From: Eledone cirrhosa
Lineage: Eukaryota
Direction: 5' to 3'
DNA length: 64,000 nt
Assembly (NCBI GenBank): GCA_964016885.1
Contig: OZ024741.1
Coordinates: 397,978,001 to 398,042,000 of the forward strand
Shown here: positions 1 through 15,000 of the stretch, piece after piece
Position numbering within the stretch: the stretch's first letter is position 1
Layout: every line of letters starts with the position of its first letter
Notes under the pieces: generated by a model
Told to the model about the DNA's origin: nothing
What the model saw: the letters and a program-made list of their open reading frames with translations, nothing else
Databases searched by the model: none
Made by a program: the position numbers and the translations under genes

Positions 1-3000
1 CAGTTACTTACCCTGTCACAGCCTATTACATTACAGTTACTTCCCCTGTCACTTCTACTCTCCTCTCACAACCTATTACTTTACAGTTACTTACCCTGTC
101 ACAACCTATTACATTACAGTTACTTCCCCTGTCACTTCTACTCTCCTCTCACAACCTACTACTTTACAGTTACTTACCCTGTCACAGCCTATTACATTAC
201 AGTTACTTCCCCTGTCACTTCTACTCTCCTCTCACAACATTACATTACAGTTACTTCCCCTGTCACTTCTACTCTCCTCTCACAACCTATTACAATACAG
301 TTACTTACCCTGTCACAACCTATTACATTACAGTTACTTCCCCTGTCACATCTACTCTCCTCTCACAACCTATTACATTACAGTTACTTCCCCTGTCACT
401 TCTACTCTCCTGTCACAACCTATTACTTTACAGTTACTTCCCCTGTCACTTCTACTCTCCTCTCACAACCTATTACTTTACAGTTACTTCCCCTGTCACT
501 TCTACTCTCCTCTCACAACCTATTACATTACAGTTACTTCCCCTGTCACTTCTACTCTCCTCTCACAACCTATTACTTTACAGTTACTTCCCCTGTCACT
601 TCTACTCTCCTCTCACAACCTATTACTTTACAGTTACTTACCCTGTCACAGCCTATTACATTACAGTTACTTCCCCTGTCACTTCTACTCTCCTCTCACA
701 ACCTATTACTTTACAGTTACTTACCCTGTCACAACCTATTACATTACAGTTACTTCCCCTGTCACTTCTATTCTCCTCTCACAACCTATTACTTTACAGT
801 TACTTACCCTGTCACAGCCTATTACATTACAGTTACTTCCCCTGTCACTTCTACTCTCCTCTCACAACCTATTACAATACAGTTACTTACCCTGTCACAA
901 CCTATTACATTACAATTACTTCCCCTGTCACTTCTACTCTCCTCTCACAACCTATTACATTACAGTTACTTCCCCTGTCACTTCTACTCTCCTGTCACAA
1001 CCTATTACTTTACAGTTACTTCCCCTGTCAATTCTACTCTCCTCTCACAACCTATTACTTTACAGTTACTTCCCCTGTCACTTCTACTCTCCTCTCACAA
1101 CCTATTACAATACAGTTACTTACCCTGTCACAACCTATTACATTACAATTACTTCCCCTGTCACTTCTACTCTCCTCTCACAACCTATTACATTACAGTT
1201 ACTTCCCCTGTCACTTCTACTCTCCTGTCACAACCTATTACTTTACAGTTACTTCCCCTGTCAATTCTACTCTCCTCTCACAACCTATTACTTTACAGTT
1301 ACTTCCCCTGTCACTTCTACTCTCCTCTCACAACCTATTACATTACAGTTACTTCCCCTGTCACTTCTACTCTCCTCTCACAACCTATTACTTTACAGTT
1401 ACTTACCCTGTCACAACCTATTACTTTACAGTTACTTCCCCTGTCACTTCTACTCTCCTTTCACAACCTATTACTTTACAGTTACTTACCCTGTCACAAC
1501 CTATTACTTTACAATTACTTCCCCTGTCACTTCTACTCTCCTCTCACAACCTATTACTTTACAGTTACTTACCCTGTCACAACCTATTACTTTACAGTTA
1601 CTTACCCTGTCACTTCTACTCTCCTCTCACAACCTATTACATTACAGTTACTTCCCCTGTCACTTCTACTCTCCTCTCACAACCTATTACTTTACAGTTA
1701 CTTACCCTGTCACAACCTATTACTTTACAGTTACTTACCCTGTCACAACCTATTACTTTACAGTTACTTACCCTGTCACAACCTATTACTTTACAGTTAC
1801 TTACCCTGTCACTTCTACTCTCCTCTCACAACCTATTACATTACAGTTACTTCCCCTGTCACTTCTACTCTCCTCTCACAACCTATTACTTTACAGTTAC
1901 TTACCCTGTCACAACCTATAACTTTACAGTTACTTCCCCTGTCACTTCTACTCTCCTCTCACAACCTATTACTTTACAGTTACTTACCCTGTCACAACCT
2001 ATTACTTTACAGTTACTTCCCCTGTCACTTCTACTCTCCTCTCACAACCTATTACTTTACAGTTACTTCCCCTGTCACTTCTACTCTCCTCTCACAACCT
2101 ATTACTTTACAGTTACTTCCCCAGTCACTTCTACTCTCCTCTCACAACCTATTACTTTACAGTTACTTCCCCTGTCAATTCTACTCTCCTCTCACAACCT
2201 AATACATTACAGTTACTTCCCCTGTCACAACCTATTACTTTAGAGTTACTTCCCCTGTCACTTCTACTCTCCTCTCACAACCTATTACATTACAGTTACT
2301 ACCCCTGTCAATTCTACTCTCCTCTCAAAACCTATTACTTTACAGTTACTTCCCCTGTCACTTCTACTCTCCTCTCACAACCTATTACTTTACAGTTACT
2401 TCCCCTGTCACTGCTACTCTCCTCTCACAACCTATTATATTACAGTTACTTCCCCTGTCAATTCTACTCTCCTCTCACAACCTATTACTTTACAGTTACT
2501 TCCCCTGTCACTTCTACTCTCCTCTCACAACATATTACATTACAGTTACTTCCCCTGTCACTTATACTCTCCTCTCACAACCTATTACATTACAGTTACT
2601 TACCCTGTCACTTCTACTCTCCTCTCACAACCTATTACTTTACAGTTACTTCCCCTGTCACTTCTACTCTCCTCTCACAACCTATTACATTACAGTTACT
2701 TACCCTGTCACAACCTATTACATTACAGTTACTTCCCCTGTCAATTCTACTCTCCTGTCACAACCTATTACTTTACAGTTACTTACCCTGTCACAACCTA
2801 TTACATTACAGTTACTTCCCCTGTCACTTCTACTCTCCTATCACAACCTATTACTTTACAGTTACTTCCCCTGTCACTTCTACTCTCCTCTCACTACCTA
2901 TTACATTACAGTTACTTCCCCTGTCACTTCTACTCTCCTCTCACAACCTATTACTTTACAGTTACTTCCCCTGTCACTTCTACTCTCCTCTCACAACCTA

Positions 3001-6000
3001 TTACATTACAGTTACTTCCCCTGTCACTTCTACTCTCCTCTCACAAGCTATTACTTTACAGTTACTTCCCCTGTCACTTCTACTCTCCTATCACAACCTA
3101 TTACTTTACAGTTACATCCCCTGTCACTTCTACTCTACTCTCACAACCTATTACATTACAGTTACTTCCCCTGTCACTTCTACTCTCCTCTCACAACCTA
3201 TTACATTACAGTTACTTCCCTGTCACTTCTACTTTCCTCTCACAACCTATTACATTACAGTTACTTCCCCTGTCACTTCTACTCTCCTCTCACAACCTAT
3301 TACTTTACAGTTACTTCCCCTGTCACTTCTACTCTCCTCTCACAACCTATTACATTACAGTTACTTCCCCTGTCACTTCTACTCTCCTCTCACAACCTAT
3401 TACATTACAGTTACTTCCCCTGTCACAACCTATTACATTACAGTTACTTCCCCTGTCACTTCTACCCTCCTCTCACAACCTATTACTTTACAGTTACTTA
3501 CCCTGTCACAGCCTATTACATTACAGTTACTTCCCCTGTCACTTCTACTCTCCTCTCACAACCTATTACTTTACAGTTACTTACCCTGTCACAACCTATT
3601 ACATTACAGTTACTTCCCCTGTCACTTCTACTCTCCTCTCACAACCTACTACTTTACAGTTACTTACCCTGTCACAGCCTATTACATTACAGTTACTTCC
3701 CCTGTCACTTCTACTCTCCTCTCACAACATTACATTACAGTTACTTCCCCTGTCACTTCTACTCTCCTCTCACAACCTATTACAATACAGTTACTTACCC
3801 TGTCACAACCTATTACATTACAGTTACTTCCCCTGTCACATCTACTCTCCTCTCACAACCTATTACATTACAGTTACTTCCCCTGTCACTTCTACTCTCC
3901 TGTCACAACCTATTACTTTACAGTTACTTCCCCTGTCACTTCTACTCTCCTCTCACAACCTATTACTTTACAGTTACTTCCCCTGTCACTTCTACTCTCC
4001 TCTCACAACCTATTACATTACAGTTACTTCCCCTGTCACTTCTACTCTCCTCTCACAACCTATTACTTTACAGTTACTTCCCCTGTCACTTCTACTCTCC
4101 TCTCACAACCTATTACTTTACAGTTACTTACCCTGTCACAGCCTATTACATTACAGTTACTTCCCCTGTCACTTCTACTCTCCTCTCACAACCTATTACT
4201 TTACAGTTACTTACCCTGTCACAACCTATTACATTACAGTTACTTCCCCTGTCACTTCTATTCTCCTCTCACAACCTATTACTTTACAGTTACTTACCCT
4301 GTCACAGCCTATTACATTACAGTTACTTCCCCTGTCACTTCTACTCTCCTCTCACAACATTACATTACAGTTACTTCCCCTGTCACTTCTACTCTCCTCT
4401 CACAACCTATTACAATACAGTTACTTACCCTGTCACAACCTATTACATTACAATTACTTCCCCTGTCACTTCTACTCTCCTCTCACAACCTATTACATTA
4501 CAGTTACTTCCCCTGTCACTTCTACTCTCCTGTCACAACCTATTACTTTACAGTTACTTCCCCTGTCACTTCTACTCTCCTCTCACAACCTATTACTTTA
4601 CAGTTACTTCCCCTGTCACTTCTACTCTCCTCTCACAACCTATTACATTACAGTTACTTCCCCTGTCACTTCTACTCTCCTCTCACAACCTATTACTTTA
4701 CAGTTACTTACCCTGTCACAACCTATTACTTTACAGTTACTTCCCCTGTCACTTCTACTCTCCTTTCACAACCTATTACTTTACAGTTACTTACCCTGTC
4801 ACAACCTATTACTTTACAATTACTTCCCCTGTCACTTCTACTCTCCTCTCACAACCTATTACTTTACAGTTACTTACCCTGTCACTTCTACTCTCCTCTC
4901 ACAACCTATTACATTACAGTTACTTCCCCTGTCACTTCTACTCTCCTCTCACAACCTATTACTTTACAGTTACTTACCCTGTCACAACCTATTACTTTAC
5001 AGTTACTTACCCTGTCACAACCTATTACTTTACAGTTACTTACCCTGTCACGTCTACTCTCCTCTCACAACCTATTACATTACAGTTACTTCCCCTGTCA
5101 CTTCTACTCTCCTCTCACAACCTATTACTTTACAGTTACTTACCCTGTCACAACCTATAACTTTACAGTTACTTCCCCTGTCACTTCTACTCTCCTCTCA
5201 CAACCTATTACTTTACAGTTACTTACCCTGTCACAACCTATTACTTTACAGTTACTTCCCCTGTCAATTCTACTCTCCTCTCACAACCTATTACTTTACA
5301 GTTACTTACCCTGTCACAACCTATTACTTTACAGTTACTTCCCCTGTCACTTCTACTCTCCTCTCACAACCTATTACTTTACAGTTACTTACCCTGTCAC
5401 AACCTATTACTTTACAGTTACTTACCCTGTCACAACCTATTACTTTACAGTTACTTCCCCTGTCACTTCTACTCTCCTCTCACAACCTATTACATTACAG
5501 TTACTTCCCCTGTCACTTCTACTCTCCTCTCACAACCTATTACTTTACAGTTACATACCCTGTCACAACCTATTACTTTACAGTTACTTACCCTGTCACA
5601 ACCTATTACTTTACAGTTACTTACCCTGTCACTTCTACTCTCCTCTCACAACCTATTACATTACAGTTACTTCCCCTGTCACTTCTACTCTCCTCTCACA
5701 ACCTATTACTTTACAGTTACTTACCCTGTCACAACCTATTACTTTACAGTTACTTCCCCTGTCACTTCTACTCTCCTCTCACAACCTATTACATTACAGT
5801 TACTTCCCCTGTCACTTCTACTCTCCTCTCACAACCTATTACTTTACAGTTACTTACCCTGTCACAACCTATTACTTTACAGTTACTTCCCCTGTCACTT
5901 CTACTCTCCTCTCTCAACCTATTACTTTACAGTTACTTACCCTGTCACAACCTATTACTTTACAGTTACTTCCCCTGTCACTTCTACTCTCCTCTCACAA

Positions 6001-9000
6001 CCTATTACATTACAGTTACTTCCCCTGTCACTTCTACTCTCCTCTCACAACCTATTATTTACAGTTACTTACCCTGTCACAACCTATTACTTTACAGTTA
6101 CTTCCCCTGTCACTTCTACTCTCCTCTCACAACCTATTACTTTACAGTTACTTACCCTGTCACAACCTATTACTTTACAGTTACTTCCCCTGTCACTTCT
6201 ACTCTCCTCTCACAACCTATTACATTACAATTACTTCCCCTGTCACTGCTACTCTCCTCTCACAACCTAATACATTACAGTTACTTACCCTGTCACAACC
6301 TATTACATTACAGTTACTTCCCCTGTCAATTCTACTCTCCTGTCACAACCTATTACTTTACAGTTACTTACCCTGTCACAACCTATTACATTACAGTTAC
6401 TTCCCCTGTCACTTCTACTCTCCTATCACAACCTATTACTTTACAGTTACTTCCCCTGTCACTTCTACTCTCCTCTCACTACCTATTACATTACAGTTAC
6501 TTCCCCTGTCACTTCTACTCTCCTCTCACAACCTATTACTTTACAGTTACTTCCCCTGTCACTTCTACTCTCCTCTCACAACCTATTACATTACAGTTAC
6601 TTCCCCTGTCACTTCTACTCTCCTCTCACAAGCTATTACTTTACAGTTACATCCCCTGTCACTTCTACTCTCCTATCACAACCTATTACTTTACAGTTAC
6701 TTCCCCTGTCACTTCTACTCTCCTCTCACAACCTATTACATTACAGTTACTTCCCCTGTCACTTCTACTCTCCTCTCACAACCTATTACATTACAGTTAC
6801 TTCCCCTGTCACTTCTACTCTCCTCTCACAACCTATTACATTACAGTTACTTCCCCTGTCACTTCTACTCTCCTCTCACAACCTATTACATTACAGTTAC
6901 TTCCCCTGTCACTTCTACTCTCCTCTCACAACCAATTACATTACAGTTACTTCCCCTGTCACAACCTATTACATTACAGTTACTTCCCCTGTCACTTCTA
7001 CCCTCCTCTCACAACCTATTACTTTACAGTTACTTACCCTGTCACAGCCTATTACATTACAGTTACTTCCCCTGTCACTTCTACTCTCCTCTCACAACCT
7101 ATTACTTTACAGTTAATTACCCTGTCACAACCTATTACATTACAGTTACTTCCCCTGTCACTTCTACTCTCCTCTCACAACCTATTACTTTACAGTTACT
7201 TACCCTGTCACAGCCTATTACATTACAGTTACTTCCCCTGTCACTTCTACTCTCCTCTCACAACATTACATTACAGTTACTTCCCCTGTCACTTCTACTC
7301 TCCTCTCACAACCTATTACAATACAGTTACTTACCCTGTCACAACCTATTACATTACAGTTACTTCCCCTGTCACTTCTACTCTCCTCTCACAACCTATT
7401 ACATTACAGTTACTTCCCCTGTCACTTCTACTCTCCTGTCACAACCTATTACTTTACAGTTACTTCCCCTGTCACTTCTACTCTCCTCTCACAACCTATT
7501 ACTTTACAGTTACTTCCCCTGTCACTTCTACTCTCCTCTCACAACCTATTACATTACAGTTACTTCCCCTGTCACTTCTACTCTCCTCTCACAACCTATT
7601 ACTTTACAGTTACTTACCCTGTCACAGCCTATTACATTACAGTTACTTCCCCTGTCACTTCTACTCTCCTCTCACAACATTGCATTACAGTTACTTCCCC
7701 TGTCACTTCTACTCTCCTCTCACAACCTATTACAATACAGTTACTTCCCCTGTCACAACCTATTACATTACAGTTACTTCCCCTGTCACTTCTACTCTCC
7801 TCTCACAACCTATTACATTACAGTTACTTCCCCTGTCACTTCTACTCTCCTCTCACAACCTATTATTTTACAGTTACTTACCCTGTCACAACCTATTACT
7901 TTACAGTTACTTCCCCTGTCACTTCTACTCTCCTCTCACAACCTTTTACTTTACAGTTACTTACCCTGTCACAACCTATTACTTTACAGTTACTTCCCCT
8001 GTCACTTCTACTCTCCTCTCACAACCTATGACTTTACAGTTACTTACCCTGTCACAACCTATTACTTTACAGTTACTTCCCCTGTCACTTGTACTCTCCT
8101 CTCACAACCTATTACTATACAGTTACTTCCCCTGTCACTTCTACTCTCCTCTCACAACCTATTACATTACAGTTACTTCCCCTGTCACAACCTATTACAT
8201 TACAGTTACTTCCCCTCTCACAACCTATTACTTTACAGTTACTTACCCTGTCATTCTACTCTCCTATCACAACCTATTACTTTACAGTTACTTCCCCTGT
8301 CACTTCTACTCTCCTATCACAACCTATTACTTTACAGTTACTTACCCTGTCACCTCTACTCTCCTGTCACAACCTATTACATTACAGTTACTTCCCCTGT
8401 CACTTCTACTCTCCTCTCACAACCTATTACTTTACAGTTACTTACCCTGTCACAACCTATTACTTTACAGTTACTTCCCCTGTCACTTCTACTCTCCTCT
8501 CACAACCTATTACATTACAGTTACTTACCCTGTCACAACCTATTACATTACAGTTACTTCCCCTGTCACTTCTACTCTCCTCTCACAACCTATTACTTTA
8601 CAGTTACTTCCCCTGTCACTTCTACTCTCCTCTCACAACCTATTACTTTACAGTTACTTCCCCTGTCACTTCTACTCTCCTCTCACAACATAATAAATTA
8701 CAGTTACTTCCCCTGTCACTTCTACTCTCCTCTCACAACCTAATACATTACAGTTACTTCCCCTGTCACTTCTACTCTCCTCTCACAACCTATTACTTTA
8801 CAGTTACTTCCCCTGTCACTTCTACTCTCCTCTCACAACCTATTACATTACAGTTACTTCCCCTGTCACAACCTATTACATTACAGTTACTTCTCCTGTC
8901 ACAACCTATTACATTACAGTTACTTCCCCTGTCACTTCTACTCTCCTGTCACAACCTATTACATTACAGTTACTTCCCCTGTCACTTCTACTCTCCTCTC

Positions 9001-12000
9001 ACAACCTATTACTTTACAGTTACTTCCCCTGTCACTTCTACTCTCCTCTCACAACCTATTACATTACAGTTACTTCCCCTGTCACTTCTACTCTCCTCTC
9101 ACAACCTATTACATTACAGTTACTTCCCCTGTCACAACCTATTACATTAGAGTTACTTCCCCTGTCACAACCTATTACATTACAGTTACTTACCCTGTCA
9201 CTTCTACTCTCCTCTCACAACCTATTACTTTACAGTTATTTACCCTGTCACTTCTACTCTCCTCTCACAACCTATTACTTTACAGTTACTTCCCCTGTCA
9301 CTTCTACTCTCCTCTCACAACCTATTACTTTACAGTTACTTACCCTGTCACTTCTACTCTCCTCTCACAACCTATTACTTTACAGTTACTTCCCCTGTCA
9401 CTTCTACTCTCCTCTCACAACCTATTACATTACAGTTACTTACCCTGTCACAACCTATTACATTACAGTTACTTACCCTGTCACTTCTACTCTCCTCTCA
9501 CAACCTATTACTTTACAGTTACTTCCCCTGTCACTTCTACTCTCCTCTCACAACCTATTACTTTACAGTTACTTACCCTGTCACTTCTACTCTCCTCTCA
9601 CAACCTATTACTTTACAGTTACTTCCCCTGTCACTTCTACTCTCCTCTCACAACCTATTACATTACAGTTACTTATCCTGTCACAACCTATTACATTACA
9701 GTTACTTACCCTGTCACTTCTACTCTCCTCTCACAACCTATTACTTTACAGTTACATACCCTGTCACAACCTATTACATTACAGTTACTTACCCTGTCAC
9801 TTCTACTCTCCTCTCACAACCTATTACTTTACAGTTACTTACCCTGTCACAACCTATTACTTTACAGTTACTTCCCCTGTCACTTCTACTCTCCTCTCAC
9901 AACCTATTACATTACAGTTACTTACCCTGTCACAACCTATTACATTACAGTTACTTACCATGTCACTTCTACTCTCCTCTCACAACCTATTACTTTACAG
10001 TTACTTACCCTGTCACTTCTACTCTCCTCTCACAACCTATTACTTTACAGTTACTTCCCCTGTCACTTCTACTCTCCTCTCACTACCTATTACATTACAG
10101 TTACTTCCCCTGTCACTTCTACTCTCCTCTCACAACCTATTACTTTACAGTTACTTCCCCTGTCACTTCTACTCTCCTCTCACAACCTATTACATTACAG
10201 TTACTTCCCCTGTCACTTCTACTCTCCTCTCACAAGCTATTACTTTACAGTTACTTCCCCTGTCACTTCTACTCTCCTATCACAACCTATTACTTTACAG
10301 TTACTTCCCCTGTCACTTCTACTCTACTCTCACAACCTATTACATTACAGTTACTTCCCCTGTCACTTCTACTCTCCTCTCACAACCTATTACATTACAG
10401 TTACTTCCCTGTCACTTCTACTCTCCTCTCACAACCTATTACATTACAGTTACTTCCCCTGTCACTTCTACTCTCCTCTCACAACCTATTACTTTACAGT
10501 TACTTCCCCTGTCACTTCTACTCTCCTCTCACAACCTATTACATTACAGTTACTTCCCCTGTCACTTCTACTCTCCTCTCACAACCTATTACATTACAGT
10601 TACTTCCCCTGTCACAACCTATTACATTACAGTTACTTCCCCTGTCACTTCTACCCTCCTCTCACAACCTATTACTTTACAGTTACTTACCCTGTCACAG
10701 ACTATTACATTACAGTTACTTCCCCTGTCACTTCTACTCTCCTCTCACAACATTACATTACAGTTACTTCCCCTGTCACTTCTACTCTCCTCTCACAACC
10801 TATTACAATACAGTTACTTACCCTGTCACAACCTATTACATTACAGTTACTTCCCCTGTCACATCTACTCTCCTCTCACAACCTATTACATTACAGTTAC
10901 TTCCCCTGTCACTTCTACTCTCCTGTCACAACCTATTACTTTACAGTTACTTCCCCTGTCACTTCTACTCTCCTCTCACAACCTATTACTTTACAGTTAC
11001 TTCCCCTGTCACTTCTACTCTCCTCTCACAACCTATTACATTACAGTTACTTCCCCTGTCAATTCTACTCTCCTCTCACAACCTATTACTTTACAGTTAC
11101 TTCCCCTGTCACTTCTACTCTCCTCTCACAACCTATTACTTTACAGTTACTTACCCTGTCACAGCCTATTACATTACAGTTACTTCCCCTGTCACTTCTA
11201 CTCTCCTCTCACAACCTATTACTTTACAGTTACTTACCCTGTCACAACCTATTACATTACAGTTACTTCCCCTGTCACTTCTATTCTCCTCTCACAACCT
11301 ATTACTTTACAGTTACTTACCCTGTCACAGCCTATTACATTACAGTTACTTCCCCTGTCACTTCTACTCTCCTCTCACAACATTACATTACAGTTACTTC
11401 CCCTGTCACTTCTACTCTCCTCTCACAACCTATTACAATACAGTTACTTACCCTGTCACAACCTATTACATTACAATTACTTCCCCTGTCACTTCTACTC
11501 TCCTCTCACAACCTATTACATTACAGTTACTTCCCCTGTCACTTCTACTCTCCTGTCACAACCTATTACTTTACAGTTACTTCCCCTGTCACTTCTACTC
11601 TCCTCTCACAACCTATTACTTTACAGTTACTTCCCCTGTCACTTCTACTCTCCTCTCACAAGCTATTACATTACAGTTACTTCCCCTGTCACTTCTACTC
11701 TCCTCTCACAACCTATTACTTTACAGTTACTTACCCTGTCACAACCTATTACTTTACAGTTACTTCCCCTGTCACTTCTACTCTCCTTTCACAACCTATT
11801 ACTTTACAGTTACTTACCCTGTCACAACCTATTACTTTACAATTACTTCCCCTGTCACTTCTACTCTCCTCTCACAACCTATTACTTTACAGTTACTTAC
11901 CCTGTCACTTCTACTCTCCTCTCACAACCTATTACATTACAGTTACTTCCCCTGTCACTTCTACTCTCCTCTCACAACCTATTACTTTACAGTTACTTAC

Positions 12001-15000
12001 CCTGTCACAACCTATTACTTTACAGTTACTTACCCTGTCACAACCTATTACTTTACAGTTACTTACCCTGTCACTTCTACTCTCCTCTCACAACCTATTA
12101 CATTACAGTTACTTCCCCTGTCACTTCTACTCTCCTCTCACAACCTATTACTTTACAGTTACTTACCCTGTCACAACCTATAACTTTACAGTTACTTCCC
12201 CTGTCACTTCTACTCTCCTCTCACAACCTATTACTTTACAGTTACTTACCCTGTCACAACCTATTACTTTACAGTTACTTCCCCTGTCAATTCTACTCTC
12301 CTCTCACAACCTATTACTTTACAGTTACTTACCCTGTCACAACCTATTACTTTACAGTTACTTCCCCTGTCACTTCTACTCTCCTCTCACAACCTATTAC
12401 TTTACAGTTACTTACCCTGTCACAACCTATTACTTTACAGTTACTTACCCTGTCACAACCTATTACTTTACAGTTACTTCCCCTGTCACTTCTACTCTCC
12501 TCTCACAACCTATTACATTACAGTTACTTCCCCTGTCACTTCTACTCTCCTCTCACAACCTATTACTTTACAGTTACATACCCTGTCACAACCTATTACT
12601 TTACAGTTACTTACCCTGTCACAACCTATTACTTTACAGTTACTTACCCTGTCACTTCTACTCTCCTCTCACAACCTATTACTTTACAGTTACTTACCCT
12701 GTCACAACCTATTACTTTACAGTTACTTCCCCTGTCACTTCTACTCTCCTCTCACAACCTATTACATTACAGTTACTTCCCCTGTCACTTCTACTCTCCT
12801 CTCACAACCTATTACTTTACAGTTACTTACCCTGTCACAACCTATTACTTTACAGTTACTTCCCCTGTCACTTCTACTCTCCTCTCTCAACCTATTACTT
12901 TACAGTTACTTACCCTGTCACAACCTATTACTTTACAGTTACTTCCCCTGTCACTTCTACTCTCCTCTCACAACCTATTACATTACAGTTACTTCCCCTG
13001 TCACTTCTACTCTCCTCTCACAACCTATTATTTACAGTTACTTACCCTGTCACAACCTATTACTTTACAGTTACTTCCCCTGTCACTTCTACTCTCCTCT
13101 CACAACCTATTACTTTACAGTTACTTACCCTGTCACAACCTATTACTTTACAGTTACTTCCCCTGTCACTTCTACTCTCCTCTCACAACCTATTACATTA
13201 CAATTACTTCCCCTGTCACTGCTACTCTCCTCTCACAACCTAATACATTACAGTTACTTACCCTGTCACAACCTATTACATTACAGTTACTTCCCCTGTC
13301 AATTCTACTCTCCTGTCACAACCTATTACTTTACAGTTACTTACCCTGTCACAACCTATTACATTACAGTTACTTCCCCTGTCACTTCTACTCTCCTATC
13401 ACAACCTATTACTTTACAGTTACTTCCCCTGTCACTTCTACTCTCCTCTCACTACCTTTTACATTACAGTTACTTCCCCTGTCACTTCTACTCTCCTCTC
13501 ACAACCTATTACTTTACAGTTACTTCCCCTGTCACTTCTACTCTCCTCTCACAACCTATTACATTACAGTTACTTCCCCTGTCACTTCTACTCTCCTCTC
13601 ACAAGCTATTACTTTACAGTTACTTCCCCTGTCACTTCTACTCTCCTATCACAACCTATTACTTTACAGTTATATCCCCTGTCACTTCTACTCTCCTCTC
13701 ACAACCTATTACATTACAGTTACTTCCCCTGTCACTTCTACTCTCCTCTCACAACCTATTACATTACAGTTACTTCCCCTGTCACTTCTACTCTCCTCTC
13801 ACAACCTATTACATTACAGTTACTTCCCCTGTCACTTCTACTCTCCTCTCACAACCTATTACATTACAGTTACTTCCCCTGTCACTTCTACTCTCCTCTC
13901 ACAACCAATTACATTACAGTTACTTCCCCTGTCACAACCTATTACATTACAGTTACTTCCCCTGTCACTTCTACCCTCCTCTCACAACCTATTACTTTAC
14001 AGTTACTTACCCTGTCACAGCCTATTACATTACAGTTACTTCCCCTGTCACTTCTACTCTCCTCTCACAACCTATTACTTTACAGTTAATTACCCTGTCA
14101 CAACCTATTACATTACAGTTACTTCCCCTGTCACTTCTACTCTCCTCTCACAACCTATTACTTTACAGTTACTTACCCTGTCACAGCCTATTACATTACA
14201 GTTACTTCCCCTGTCACTTCTACTCTCCTCTTACAACATTACATTACAGTTACTTCCCCTGTCACTTCTACTCTCCTCTCACAACCTATTACAATACAGT
14301 TACTTACCCTGTCACAACCTATTACATTACAGTTACTTCCCCTGTCACTTCTACTCTCCTCTCACAACCTATTACATTACAGTTACTTCCCCTGTCACTT
14401 CTACTCTCCTGTCACAACCTATTACTTTACAGTTACTTCCCCTGTCACTTCTACTCTCCTCTCACAACCTATTACTTTACAGTTACTTCCCCTGTCACTT
14501 CTACTCTCCTCTCACAACCTATTACATTACAGTTACTTCCCCTGTCACTTCTACTCTCCTCTCACAACCTATTACTTTACAGTTACTTCCCCTGTCACTT
14601 CTACTCTCCTCTCACAACCTATTACTTTACAGTTACTTACCCTGTCACAGCCTATTACATTACAGTTACTTCCCCTGTCACTTCTACTCTCCTCTCACAA
14701 CATTACATTACAGTTACTTCCCCTGTCACTTCTACTCTCCTCTCACAACCTATTACAATACAGTTACTTCCCCTGTCACAACCTATTACATTACAGTTAC
14801 TTCCCCTGTCACTTCTACTCTCCTCTCACAACCTATTACATTACAGTTACTTCCCCTGTCACTTCTACTCTCCTCTCACAACCTATTATTTTACAGTTAC
14901 TTACCCTGTCACAACCTATTACTTTACAGTTACTTCCCCTGTCACTTCTACTCTCCTCTCACAACCTTTTACTTTACAGTTACTTACCCTGTCACAACCT

